From: Dubosiella newyorkensis | GTDB lineage: Bacteria > Bacillota_I > Bacilli_A > Erysipelotrichales > Erysipelotrichaceae | Reading direction: 5' to 3' | Length of the DNA: 8,932 nt | Assembly (NCBI RefSeq): GCF_001945605.1 | Contig: NZ_MPKA01000020.1 | Span: 1 to 8,932 of the forward strand | Shown: piece by piece, positions 1 to 6,182 of the stretch | How positions within the stretch are numbered: the stretch's first letter is position 1 | Layout: each line of letters starts with the position of its first letter | Translations under genes and position numbers: made by a program | Notes under the pieces: generated by a model | The model's database searches: none | Told to the model about the DNA's origin: nothing | What the model saw: the letters and a program-made list of their open reading frames with translations, nothing else

Positions 1-959
1 TGGCCTTTGTTCTTCCCGATAACGATCGTCGCGATATCATGGCTTAACGCTATATCAACGATGCGTCTGCTTGCTTCATGGGCAAAGCGATCGATCTTCT
101 GGTCCCGGAAGAACTCAAGCCTCTCAAAACGTCTGCTTGAACGGGGCTGATTCGAAAAATCATGGGCCTGATACAGTCTGGCACGCTCCTTGTTGTAATA
201 CTGGTTGAGTGCCTTGATGGGGCGGCCGTTGATCAGGACAGGCTGGAATCCGTCGACATTGGAAGCCAGGGCAAATGCATTGTCCAGCCCCAAATCGATA
301 CTCAGGTACCGGCCGTTATCCGGTTTGTAGGCGATTTCTTTATTTGTCCTGTAGACCACTTCAACAATGAATCGGCCATGCTGGGGGATGATCCTCACCT
401 GCTGGATGCCGCTTGTTTCCTTATGCTGGAGTTCAATGCGAAAGTTGTCCAGTACAGGAATCTCGACATATCCGCCCTTACGCAGTTTGGCTGTCTGATT
501 GTCGATGAAAATCGGAGATCTTCCGCCTTTCTTGTGATATCCGGGCAGCTTCGGCCGTCCAGTGAACTTGTGAGGGGCTTTCCGGTAGGCGTCCCTGGCT
601 TTTTTCCAGGAGCTCATGGTGTCACTCACGCAGCGAAGGATCTGCTGGACAAGATGAACGCTGTTCATAGACGAGTAGATCATGCAGTCCTTCTGGTCTC
701 TCGATTTCTTGAGACTCTTGTCCAGCTGAGAATAGGTCATCCATCTTCCGTCGAACAGGGCCTGGCGGACCCGGTATAAAGCCTGGTTGTAGACATTGTT
801 TGCTTTATGGGCGTACTCGTCCAGCACTCTGTAATGGCTGTTAGAAGGCCGGATGACATGCCGCTCAACAAGATGTTCGTACTGGATTTCCGTCAGTTTT
901 TGGCGACGTTGGGCATAGCTTTCTTCACGATTCCTGTTGGACTTCTGTCTTTTTGCCAT
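1..959 (-). CDS. tnpB: TnpB-like (IS605 OrfB family) RNA-guided endonuclease, N-terminal ~319 codons only; the 3' end lies beyond the left window edge
   Basis: Absent from the supplied ORF track because it is open at the edge. Hand translation of the minus strand from ATG 959-957 gives 319 sense codons with no stop down to position 3: MAKRQKSNRNREESYAQRRQKLTEIQYEHLVERHVIRPSNSHYRVLDEYAHKANNVYNQALYRVRQALFDGRWMTYSQLDK...KPDNGRYLSIDLGLDNAFALASNVDGFQPVLINGRPIKALNQYYNKERARLYQ...RFAHEASRRIVDIALSHDIATIVIGKNKG. 'SIDLGLDN' matches the RuvC-I aspartate motif of TnpB/Cas12-type nucleases (Asp codon 294-296). The gene starts 35 nt inside the 3' end of an IS607-type tnpA, the usual tnpA-tnpB arrangement. 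Confidence 0.85.
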   Translation of the reverse strand, partial: MAKRQKSNRNREESYAQRRQKLTEIQYEHLVERHVIRPSNSHYRVLDEYAHKANNVYNQALYRVRQALFDGRWMTYSQLDKSLKKSRDQKDCMIYSSMNSVHLVQQILRCVSDTMSSWKKARDAYRKAPHKFTGRPKLPGYHKKGGRSPIFIDNQTAKLRKGGYVEIPVLDNFRIELQHKETSGIQQVRIIPQHGRFIVEVVYRTNKEIAYKPDNGRYLSIDLGLDNAFALASNVDGFQPVLINGRPIKALNQYYNKERARLYQAHDFSNQPRSSRRFERLEFFRDQKIDRFAHEASRRIVDIALSHDIATIVIGKNKG

Positions 960-1566
960 CGCATTCACTTCCTTCCTCTCTTCCATCAGCCAGGGCTTCT
1001 TTGATCTTTTTCCTTCTTCCAGAATCCATCCTCATCGAAAAAGCGTGGAGCAGGCTGACGATCTCTTCGAATATCTCCTGCTGATCAGTCGTCTTGTCTG
1101 TCAGTTCAGACATGACGACGATCTCGACATGGTATTTGGCGAACAGATATTTGAACAGATCGAACCCAACCCGGCTCAATCGATCTTTATAGGTAATGAT
1201 CACAGTCGATACTTTCCCTGCGATCACAAGGTCGAGCAGTTCAAAGAACTCTTTCCTTTTCTCAAAAGATATGCCGCTGGCAATATCCCGAAAAGCACCG
1301 GCGACCGGATACCCCTGCTTCATCGCGAAATTCTGCAGGTTTTCCATCTGATTTTCCAGATCATGTTTCTGTTTGGGCGTAGATACCCGTGCATAGAGAT
1401 ACACTCCCCGTTTTTCGCCTTTGTTGATCAGTGCATAAACAGAATCTTCGTCCCAATCATACTGGCCGGAAGGAAGCTTGTTTGCTTTCAGGATTCCGTC
1501 TTTCCTCCATCTGAGCAGGGTGGAGCGGCTGATCTGGAGAATCTTCATTACTTCATTAGCTTTCAT
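925..1566 (-). CDS. tnpA: IS607-family serine recombinase/transposase TnpA (N-terminal MerR-like HTH plus serine-recombinase catalytic domain)
   Basis: 213-aa ORF. The N-terminus MKANEVMKILQISRSTLLRWRKDGIL is a MerR-type HTH. It is followed by VYLYARVSTPKQKHDLENQ (serine-recombinase nucleophile motif; Ser62 codon 1381-1383) and ITYKDRLSRVGF. A DNA-binding domain N-terminal to the catalytic domain, plus a downstream overlapping tnpB, is diagnostic of IS607-family TnpA. Confidence 0.9.
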   Translation of the reverse strand: MKANEVMKILQISRSTLLRWRKDGILKANKLPSGQYDWDEDSVYALINKGEKRGVYLYARVSTPKQKHDLENQMENLQNFAMKQGYPVAGAFRDIASGISFEKRKEFFELLDLVIAGKVSTVIITYKDRLSRVGFDLFKYLFAKYHVEIVVMSELTDKTTDQQEIFEEIVSLLHAFSMRMDSGRRKKIKEALADGREEGSECDGKKTEVQQES

Positions 1567-1572
1567 GTAAAT

Positions 1573-1581
1573 ATTATATCA
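1573..1581 (-). promoter_or_regulatory. Candidate extended -10 promoter (TGATATAAT on the minus strand) for tnpA; would give a leaderless or near-leaderless mRNA
   Basis: The reverse complement of 1573-1581 reads TGATATAAT (TGnTATAAT consensus). Only 6 nt (ATTTAC) separate the hexamer from the tnpA ATG at 1566. There is no Shine-Dalgarno sequence upstream of the ATG and no good -35 box. Confidence 0.4.
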
Positions 1582-1630
1582 GATAGTATAAGATAGATAT
1601 ATTAAATTTAAATAATTATTCTATATATCT
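1581..1630. repeat. Subterminal short repeats of the IS end (candidate TnpA binding sites)
   Basis: Tandem AGATAGTATA (1581-1590) and AGATAGATAT (1591-1600). Inverted pair AGATATAT (1595-1602) and ATATATCT (1623-1630) flanks a 20-nt A/T spacer. IS607-family TnpA is known to bind multiple subterminal repeats rather than terminal inverted repeats. Confidence 0.4.
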
Positions 1631-1674
1631 TCTCACATCAAAAAGAAACACCTAAAAAATAAAATGTTTAACTT

Positions 1675-3009
1675 TCACATCAAGGCGAAAATCCTTTGTT
1701 TCAAATAGAAATAGAAGACAATCGAAGAGCTGGCCCATGTGAGAGGATAGACCCAATAGACAAATTGGATATCGTGAAACAAATAGCCCGTCACCATTAA
1801 AAAGGATACACGAAGCACGCACCAAAACAAAAGCATCACATACATCGGAATCATCGGTTTTCCATATCCTCGCAAGATCGCCGCGGCCGCATGCGAATAG
1901 GCGAGCAGAAAATAAAATCCGCAATTGCACCATGCTCTTTGAGCGCCAAACTCGATCACTTCTTTATTCGAATCGAACAGTCCGATCAATTCTCGAGCAA
2001 AAAGCATAAATAAGAGGCCGACGATCTCGGCGCTCAGCATAGAACACAAGATCCCGAAGTTCGCCCCTTTTTTGCAGCGACTCAATTGGTTGGCGCCAAT
2101 ATTTTGCGAGACAAAAGTCGAGAGCGCCATATTGAAAGACATGATCGGCAAGAACGCGAAACCTTCAAGTTTCGAATATGCGCCACATCCTGCCATGGCC
2201 ATCGCTCCAAACGCGTTGATATTGGATTGGACGATCACGTTGGCAAAGGAAATGATCGAATTCTGCACTCCTGTCGGAAGACCATAAACAAGGATCTCTT
2301 TCAAGCAGCCAGGATAGAAACGGATCTTTTTAAGTTCGATCGAATACGAGGCGCCTTTTTTCTGCATCCAGATCAGCAGCAAGAAGGCAGAAACAAATTG
2401 GGCGAGGATCGTGGCCCAAGCTGCGCCATCGACCCCCATCTTCCAGACGAGAATAAAAAAGAGATCGAGCGCGATATTGAGAAGCGAAGAAAGAATCAAA
2501 AAATAAAGAGGCGTCGTCGAATCGCCGACCGCTCTCATGATCCCGGATAAAAAGTTGTACAAGATCAAGCCAAGCGATCCTAAAAAATAAATGGAGAAAT
2601 ACAAATTGGATTGTTCCATCACATCCGAAGGTGTCTGCATCCATACTAAAAGAAGGGGAGAGAGCCATCTTCCAAGGATTGTCAAAACGATCCCGATCAA
2701 AAAGGAAAGGGCGATTGTCGTATAGATCATTTGCTTCATCCTTCGCTCGTCTTTGGCTCCGAATAATTTGGAGATCACCACCCCAGCGCCTAATGACATT
2801 CCATTAAAAAAGCCAACCATCAAAAAGATCAAGTTGCCTGAGCTTGAGACGGCTGCCAATGCTTTTGAGCCAAGATAATTGCCGACGATCAATGAATCCG
2901 CCGTATTGTAAAATTGCTGGAAAAGTTGCCCTATAAAAATCGGCATCGTAAATAGGAGCATGTTTTTCCAAATCGATCCTTCGCTCATCACGATTTGAGA
3001 TTTCTTCAT
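1675..3009 (-). CDS. MATE-family (multidrug and toxic compound extrusion) efflux transporter, about 444 aa
   Basis: The ORF-track protein from MKKSQIVMSEGSIWKNMLLFTMPIFIGQLFQQFYNTADSLIVGNYLGSKALAAVSSSG onward has the typical MATE N-terminal signature and about 12 hydrophobic segments. I place the start at ATG 3009 (AAGGA about 5 nt upstream; ATG 3015 is also possible). The track start at 3180 lies upstream of the predicted promoter, and its first 55 residues do not resemble MATE. Stop is TGA at 1675-1677. Confidence 0.9.
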   Translation of the reverse strand: MKKSQIVMSEGSIWKNMLLFTMPIFIGQLFQQFYNTADSLIVGNYLGSKALAAVSSSGNLIFLMVGFFNGMSLGAGVVISKLFGAKDERRMKQMIYTTIALSFLIGIVLTILGRWLSPLLLVWMQTPSDVMEQSNLYFSIYFLGSLGLILYNFLSGIMRAVGDSTTPLYFLILSSLLNIALDLFFILVWKMGVDGAAWATILAQFVSAFLLLIWMQKKGASYSIELKKIRFYPGCLKEILVYGLPTGVQNSIISFANVIVQSNINAFGAMAMAGCGAYSKLEGFAFLPIMSFNMALSTFVSQNIGANQLSRCKKGANFGILCSMLSAEIVGLLFMLFARELIGLFDSNKEVIEFGAQRAWCNCGFYFLLAYSHAAAAILRGYGKPMIPMYVMLLFWCVLRVSFLMVTGYLFHDIQFVYWVYPLTWASSSIVFYFYLKQRIFALM

Positions 3010-3033
3010 CCTCATCCTTCTTTCTGCTCTTCT

Positions 3034-3062
3034 ATTGTAAGAAGAATATATCTGTATGACAA
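3034..3062 (-). promoter_or_regulatory. Sigma-A-type promoter for the MATE gene (TTGTCA-17 nt-TACAAT on the minus strand)
   Basis: The reverse complement of 3057-3062 is TTGTCA and of 3034-3039 is TACAAT, with a 17-nt spacer. The predicted transcription start near 3027 leaves a short leader containing the AAGGA SD before ATG 3009. Confidence 0.55.
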
Positions 3063-3063
3063 C

Positions 3064-3093
3064 TTGAAGTTTGTCCAAATTAGTTTTTAATAT
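3064..3093 (+). promoter_or_regulatory. Candidate promoter for the 90-aa ORF (TTGAAG-18 nt-TAATAT), divergent from the MATE promoter
   Basis: TTGAAG at 3064-3069 and TAATAT at 3088-3093, with an 18-nt spacer. Sequence match only. Confidence 0.3.
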
Positions 3094-3174
3094 GATTTTA
3101 TTGGAAAAAAGGGTACCAAATATGGAAAAATATTGTATGATTAAAACAGAACAAAAGAAAGGTACTAGGAAGAA

Positions 3175-3447
3175 ATGCAATATCAGGAATCACTACAGGC
3201 ATTGCTGATCAATAAGAAAAAAGGGATTTCTTATCGGACGCAAAAACCAATTTTTCAGCTTGTTTTTCAAACACATCATGGGATCATCTCTTTAGATGTG
3301 GAAGAAAACGCGTTTTATGCAGTTATGATCGGATATTCTGGACTTTTGAAATATGAAGACCATCGTGTCCTTTCATTTGGCCCATGGATCAAAGAGACGA
3401 TGTATCCATATCCAAATCGAATCGATCTTTCTTGGCTGAATTCTTAA
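3175..3447 (+). CDS. Small hypothetical protein (90 aa); tentative resemblance to the DUF2500/YhhM-type core, without the N-terminal TM helix
   Basis: The ORF is bounded by a perfect terminator hairpin that overlaps its TAA stop. An AGGA lies 4 nt before the ATG, which is short spacing. The segment ISLDVEENAFYAVMIGYSGLLKYEDHRVLSF resembles, from memory, the '...LD...Y.AL.VGD.G.L.Y.G.RF.SF' core of DUF2500 proteins. That assignment is unverified. Confidence 0.55.
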   Translation: MQYQESLQALLINKKKGISYRTQKPIFQLVFQTHHGIISLDVEENAFYAVMIGYSGLLKYEDHRVLSFGPWIKETMYPYPNRIDLSWLNS

Positions 3448-3459
3448 TTCAGCCTTTTT
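3434..3459 (+). terminator. Rho-independent terminator
   Basis: GGCTGAATT (3434-3442), loop CTT, AATTCAGCC (3446-3454): a perfect 9-bp stem followed by TTTTT (3455-3459). Confidence 0.75.
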
Positions 3460-3472
3460 CATTTCATCTCGA

Positions 3473-3501
3473 TTGAATTCTAGAGTTCTTGAACTTACAA
3501 T
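3473..3501 (+). promoter_or_regulatory. Sigma-A-type promoter for the membrane/charged-repeat protein gene (TTGAAT-17 nt-TACAAT)
   Basis: TTGAAT at 3473-3478, a 17-nt spacer, TACAAT at 3496-3501. AGGAGGA at 3514-3520 precedes ATG 3531. Confidence 0.6.
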
Positions 3502-3530
3502 ATTTTTTAGTACAGGAGGATTGAGAACCC

Positions 3531-4361
3531 ATGAAGAAAGAAAAAAATCTTCGCGTTTTCTTATATGTCGTTCTCGTGCTTTCCTTGATCTATACGTGTT
3601 TTACGATATTTCAAGCCTACGCGACTTGGAGCGTTTACTACCAAGGCATGAGTTACGACCCAATTGAACTGATTGCTTATCTTGTAAGCAATTGTTATGT
3701 TCCACTTTGTTTTACTGTCATCTTTTATGTAATGGTGAGCGCCCTCGATATTTGGTGCACGGCCATTGAACGAATCACTCCCAAGAGCACGCTCGAAATG
3801 AGTGATCAATTTTTGAAAAACGAAGAGAGAAAAGAGGAGAAAGAAATGAATCAAGTTGAAAAAGATGTTCGCGAAGTCACTCGCGAAGGCGTGAAAGCAG
3901 CCAAAGAAGAAAGAAGAGCTGAAGTCAAAGAAGCTAGAGAAGACGCGCGTGAATTGAGAAAAGAAGCCCGCGAACTTCACAAAGAACAAAAAGAAGCGAT
4001 CCGCGAAGAACGCAAAGAAGCTTTGGATGATCTTCGCGAAGAGCGCAAAACGATCGATGAAGATGTTCATGCCGAGCGGAAAGCGACCAACGCCCAAGGT
4101 TTGGATCATGAGGACAAAGAAGACTTGCATCATGTAGAATTCGAACAAAAGTGGGACGCTTTAAAAGATGAAGTAGAGCGTGAGCATCAAGTGCGCGAAG
4201 AAGCTCGTGAAGAGTTCAAAGAAGCACGTGAAGAAGATCGCGAATTAAGACAGCTCGCCCGCGACGAAGTCAAAGAAGCCAAAGAAATGGGTCGTGAAGA
4301 AGTCAAGGATGTCAAAGCAGCCGCTAAGGACATGCGTGAAGCGGCCAAAGGCAACGATTAA
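3531..4361 (+). CDS. Hypothetical membrane-anchored protein: two N-terminal TM helices plus a ~170-aa E/K/R-rich helical repeat domain (predicted cytoplasmic)
   Basis: 276-aa ORF with a strong SD (AGGAGGA) and its own promoter and terminator. TM1 is about LRVFLYVVLVLSLIYTCFTIFQAY and TM2 about IELIAYLVSNCYVPLCFTVIFYVMVSALDIW. A positively charged N-terminus (MKKEKNLR) suggests N-in/C-in topology. The C-terminal two thirds is almost entirely E/K/R/A/D/V, with 11-residue periodicity. Confidence 0.8.
   Translation: MKKEKNLRVFLYVVLVLSLIYTCFTIFQAYATWSVYYQGMSYDPIELIAYLVSNCYVPLCFTVIFYVMVSALDIWCTAIERITPKSTLEMSDQFLKNEERKEEKEMNQVEKDVREVTREGVKAAKEERRAEVKEAREDARELRKEARELHKEQKEAIREERKEALDDLREERKTIDEDVHAERKATNAQGLDHEDKEDLHHVEFEQKWDALKDEVEREHQVREEAREEFKEAREEDRELRQLARDEVKEAKEMGREEVKDVKAAAKDMREAAKGND
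3858..4349 (+). repeat. In-frame degenerate 33-nt (11-codon) tandem repeats: block A of 7 units (3858-4088), a His/Asp-rich 21-aa linker (4089-4151), block B of 6 units (4152-4349)
   Basis: Block A units: EKDVREVTREG / VKAAKEERRAE / VKEAREDAREL / RKEARELHKEQ / KEAIREERKEA / LDDLREERKTI / DEDVHAERKAT. Positions 5-6 are R/K-E in six of the seven units. CGCGAA recurs at 3870, 3969, 4002 and 4035, with spacings that are multiples of 33. Block B units: WDALKDEVERE / HQVREEAREEF / KEAREEDRELR / QLARDEVKEAK / EMGREEVKDVK / AAAKDMREAAK. Confidence 0.7.
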
Positions 4362-4375
4362 TTCAAAAAGAATTT

Positions 4376-4404
4376 CCCCTATGTTTAAAAATAGGGGTTT
4401 TTTT
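4376..4404 (+). terminator. Rho-independent terminator
   Basis: CCCCTAT (4376-4382), 8-nt loop, ATAGGGG (4391-4397), then TTTTTTT (4398-4404), 15 nt after the TAA stop. Confidence 0.8.
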
Positions 4405-4415
4405 GTGCCAAAGCG

Positions 4416-4421
4416 TATAAT
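4416..4421 (+). promoter_or_regulatory. Possible -10 box (TATAAT) for the ABC operon; no convincing -35
   Basis: A perfect TATAAT lies 25 nt upstream of the GTG start and 12 nt upstream of the GAGGAGGG SD (4433-4440). The -35 position reads AGGGGT and overlaps the upstream terminator stem. Confidence 0.3.
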
Positions 4422-4445
4422 GGAAAAAGGTAGAGGAGGGATCGT

Positions 4446-6182
4446 GTGTCGGATTTAAAACGCATTGCGCAAGAAACAAAAGGGATTCGAAAGTATTTTG
4501 TTTTGGCGATCGTCTTTGTCGGAATCGAAACACTTTTTGAAGTTTTGATTCCTTTGATCATGGCGCAAGTGATCGATCAAGGGATCTTGGCTCACAATAT
4601 CAAAGTTTTTGTGTATGGGGGCGTGGGGATGGGGACATGTGCCCTACTATCTTTATTGACGGGGCTTTTATATGCTCGCTTTGCCGCCATTTCAAGCACT
4701 CGATTAGGACAAAGGCTGCGGGATCTCGAGTTTGAACGGATCCAAAAGTTTACGTTCACGAATTTGGATCATTTTGAGACGAGTGGCATCATTACTCGTT
4801 TGACTAGCGACGTGACGATCGTGCAAAACGCCATTACTTCAGGCCTTAGACCGATGGCTCGAGGTCCGATCATGCTTGTTTTAGGTCTTGTGATGTCGTT
4901 CTTGCTTTCTTGGAAGCTTTCGCTCATCTTTTTTGTCGTTTCGCCTCTTCTTGTCTTGATCTTAGTCTGGATCGTAAAGAAAGTGAGTCCACAATATCCT
5001 TTGCTTCAAAGTTCGCTGGACGAGATCAATCGTGTGGTGCAGGAAAATTTGATCGCTATACGTACGGTGAAGGCATTCGTGAAGGAGAAGGCGGAACTTC
5101 AAGAATTTGATGAAGTGAACGCGAAAGTCGCAGGAATTACGGAGAAGACATTTCATTATGCTTTGTTCAACACGCCTGCCTTCCAGCTCTGCATGTATGC
5201 GACGATCGTTTCGATCATGCTTGTTGGAAGCAATATGATCTTGCAGCAAAGTTTGCAAGTGGGCGATTTGACTGGGATCCTTTCGTATGTCTTGCAGATC
5301 TTGAATTCGTTCGTAATGTTATCCAATGTCTTTTTATTGTTGACTAGGTCGATGGCGTCGATCCAAAGGATCGCGCAGATCTTGAACGAGCCTCTTCAAA
5401 GCGATGTAAACGATCCAGTGACCTCTATGGACGATGCGACGATCGAATTCAAAGATGTACGATTTAAATATAGCGCCAACGCGCAAGAGTATGTATTGGA
5501 CCATATCAACGCTCGCTTTGAGCAAGGCTGGCGCATCGGCATCGTGGGCGGAACGGGAAGCGGAAAGACTTCGCTCGTGAGCTTGATCCCGCGTCTTTAT
5601 GATGTGGATGCGGGAGCGGTCTGTATAGGTGGAATCAATGTAAAAGATTATGATCTCTCGTTTTTAAGAGAGCAAGTCGGGATCGTACTTCAAAACAATG
5701 TGCTTTTTTCTGGAACGATCTTAGAGAATTTAAAGTGGGGAAATCCAGACGCTTCTTTGGAAGAGATCAACTGGGCTTGCAAGGCGGCTTGTGTCGATGA
5801 GTTCTTGCCTCGACTTGATCAAGGTTTGAATATGAGACTTTCTCAAGGAGGAACAAATGTTTCAGGAGGACAGAGGCAGCGTTTATGTATTGCCAGGGCG
5901 CTTTTGAAGCATCCAAAGATCTTGATTTTTGATGATTCGACAAGCGCGGTCGATACGAAAACGGATTGTCGGATCCGCTCTTCCTTGGCCAAGATTTCGG
6001 GAATGACACAAATCATCATCGCGCAGCGGATCTTGAGCGTGCAAGATTGTGATCTGATCGTCGTGATGGAAAATGGAACGATCGCTTCGATGGGTAGTCA
6101 TGAACAATTGCTCAAGACGTGCGCGATCTATCGAGAAATCTATGAAAGTCAGCAGAAGGGAGGCGAAGAGAAGCATGGCTAA
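4446..6182 (+). CDS. ABC exporter half-transporter (TMD-NBD fusion), subunit carrying the degenerate nucleotide-binding-site residues
   Basis: 578 aa with a GTG start 5 nt after GAGGAGGG. The N-terminal half has about 6 TM segments. Walker A is GGTGSGKTS (5547-5573) and the signature is VSGGQ (5859-5873). Walker B is ILIFDD, with Asp (5934-5936) where the catalytic Glu normally sits. The switch/H-loop is IIIAQR, with Gln (6024-6026) instead of His. Confidence 0.95.
   Translation: MSDLKRIAQETKGIRKYFVLAIVFVGIETLFEVLIPLIMAQVIDQGILAHNIKVFVYGGVGMGTCALLSLLTGLLYARFAAISSTRLGQRLRDLEFERIQKFTFTNLDHFETSGIITRLTSDVTIVQNAITSGLRPMARGPIMLVLGLVMSFLLSWKLSLIFFVVSPLLVLILVWIVKKVSPQYPLLQSSLDEINRVVQENLIAIRTVKAFVKEKAELQEFDEVNAKVAGITEKTFHYALFNTPAFQLCMYATIVSIMLVGSNMILQQSLQVGDLTGILSYVLQILNSFVMLSNVFLLLTRSMASIQRIAQILNEPLQSDVNDPVTSMDDATIEFKDVRFKYSANAQEYVLDHINARFEQGWRIGIVGGTGSGKTSLVSLIPRLYDVDAGAVCIGGINVKDYDLSFLREQVGIVLQNNVLFSGTILENLKWGNPDASLEEINWACKAACVDEFLPRLDQGLNMRLSQGGTNVSGGQRQRLCIARALLKHPKILIFDDSTSAVDTKTDCRIRSSLAKISGMTQIIIAQRILSVQDCDLIVVMENGTIASMGSHEQLLKTCAIYREIYESQQKGGEEKHG

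Larger units (their letters stand above)
1..1652 (-). mobile_element. IS607-family insertion sequence, partial (tnpA-side end inside the window; tnpB 3' end and the other IS end are off-window). The boundary near 1652 is only a candidate.
   Basis: tnpA and tnpB overlap on the same strand. An AT-rich 108-nt block (1567-1674) between the tnpA start and the MATE stop carries short repeated motifs. The only GG/CC dinucleotide in that block is CC at 1651-1652, and IS607 is reported to recombine at GG. The end cannot be fixed without the other IS end or an empty site. Confidence 0.6.

Noticed and set aside
162-1596. Long plus-strand ORFs 162-779 (205 aa), 807-1004 and 937-1596 (219 aa) from the ORF track
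   Set aside because: They lie antisense to the clearly recognisable tnpB and tnpA reading frames. Their products have no recognisable motifs and no ribosome-binding sites. They are shadow ORFs.
1652-2668. ORFs 1652-1933(-), 2072-2287(+), 2086-2550(+) and 2330-2668(-) inside the MATE gene
   Set aside because: They are alternative-frame or antisense ORFs within a well-supported transporter CDS, and their products are low-complexity or charged nonsense.
3010-3180. N-terminal extension of the MATE ORF to 3180 (MHFFLVPFFCSVLIIQ...)
   Set aside because: The extension overlaps the intergenic divergent-promoter region and the start of the 3175 ORF, and it lies upstream of the predicted TTGTCA-17-TACAAT promoter. 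The MATE signature begins only after MRMKKSQ, and ATG 3009 has an SD.
3561-4148. 195-aa minus-strand ORF antisense to the charged-repeat gene
   Set aside because: It is a mirror image of the GAA/AAA/AAG-rich repeat coding sequence, giving an F/L-rich artefact. It has no promoter or SD, whereas the plus-strand gene has promoter, SD and terminator.
3858-4349. 33-nt periodic repeats considered as a possible CRISPR-like or noncoding tandem array
   Set aside because: The repeats are degenerate, contiguous with no unique spacers, and exactly in frame with a long ORF. The conservation is at the amino-acid level, so this is a protein repeat.
6073-6174. Upstream extension of the second ABC ORF to ATG 6073
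   Set aside because: It would overlap the first ABC gene by 110 nt with a non-ABC-like, Arg/Ser-rich peptide. ATG 6175 has a GGGAGG SD and the classic stop-start overlap, and it yields a typical N-terminus.
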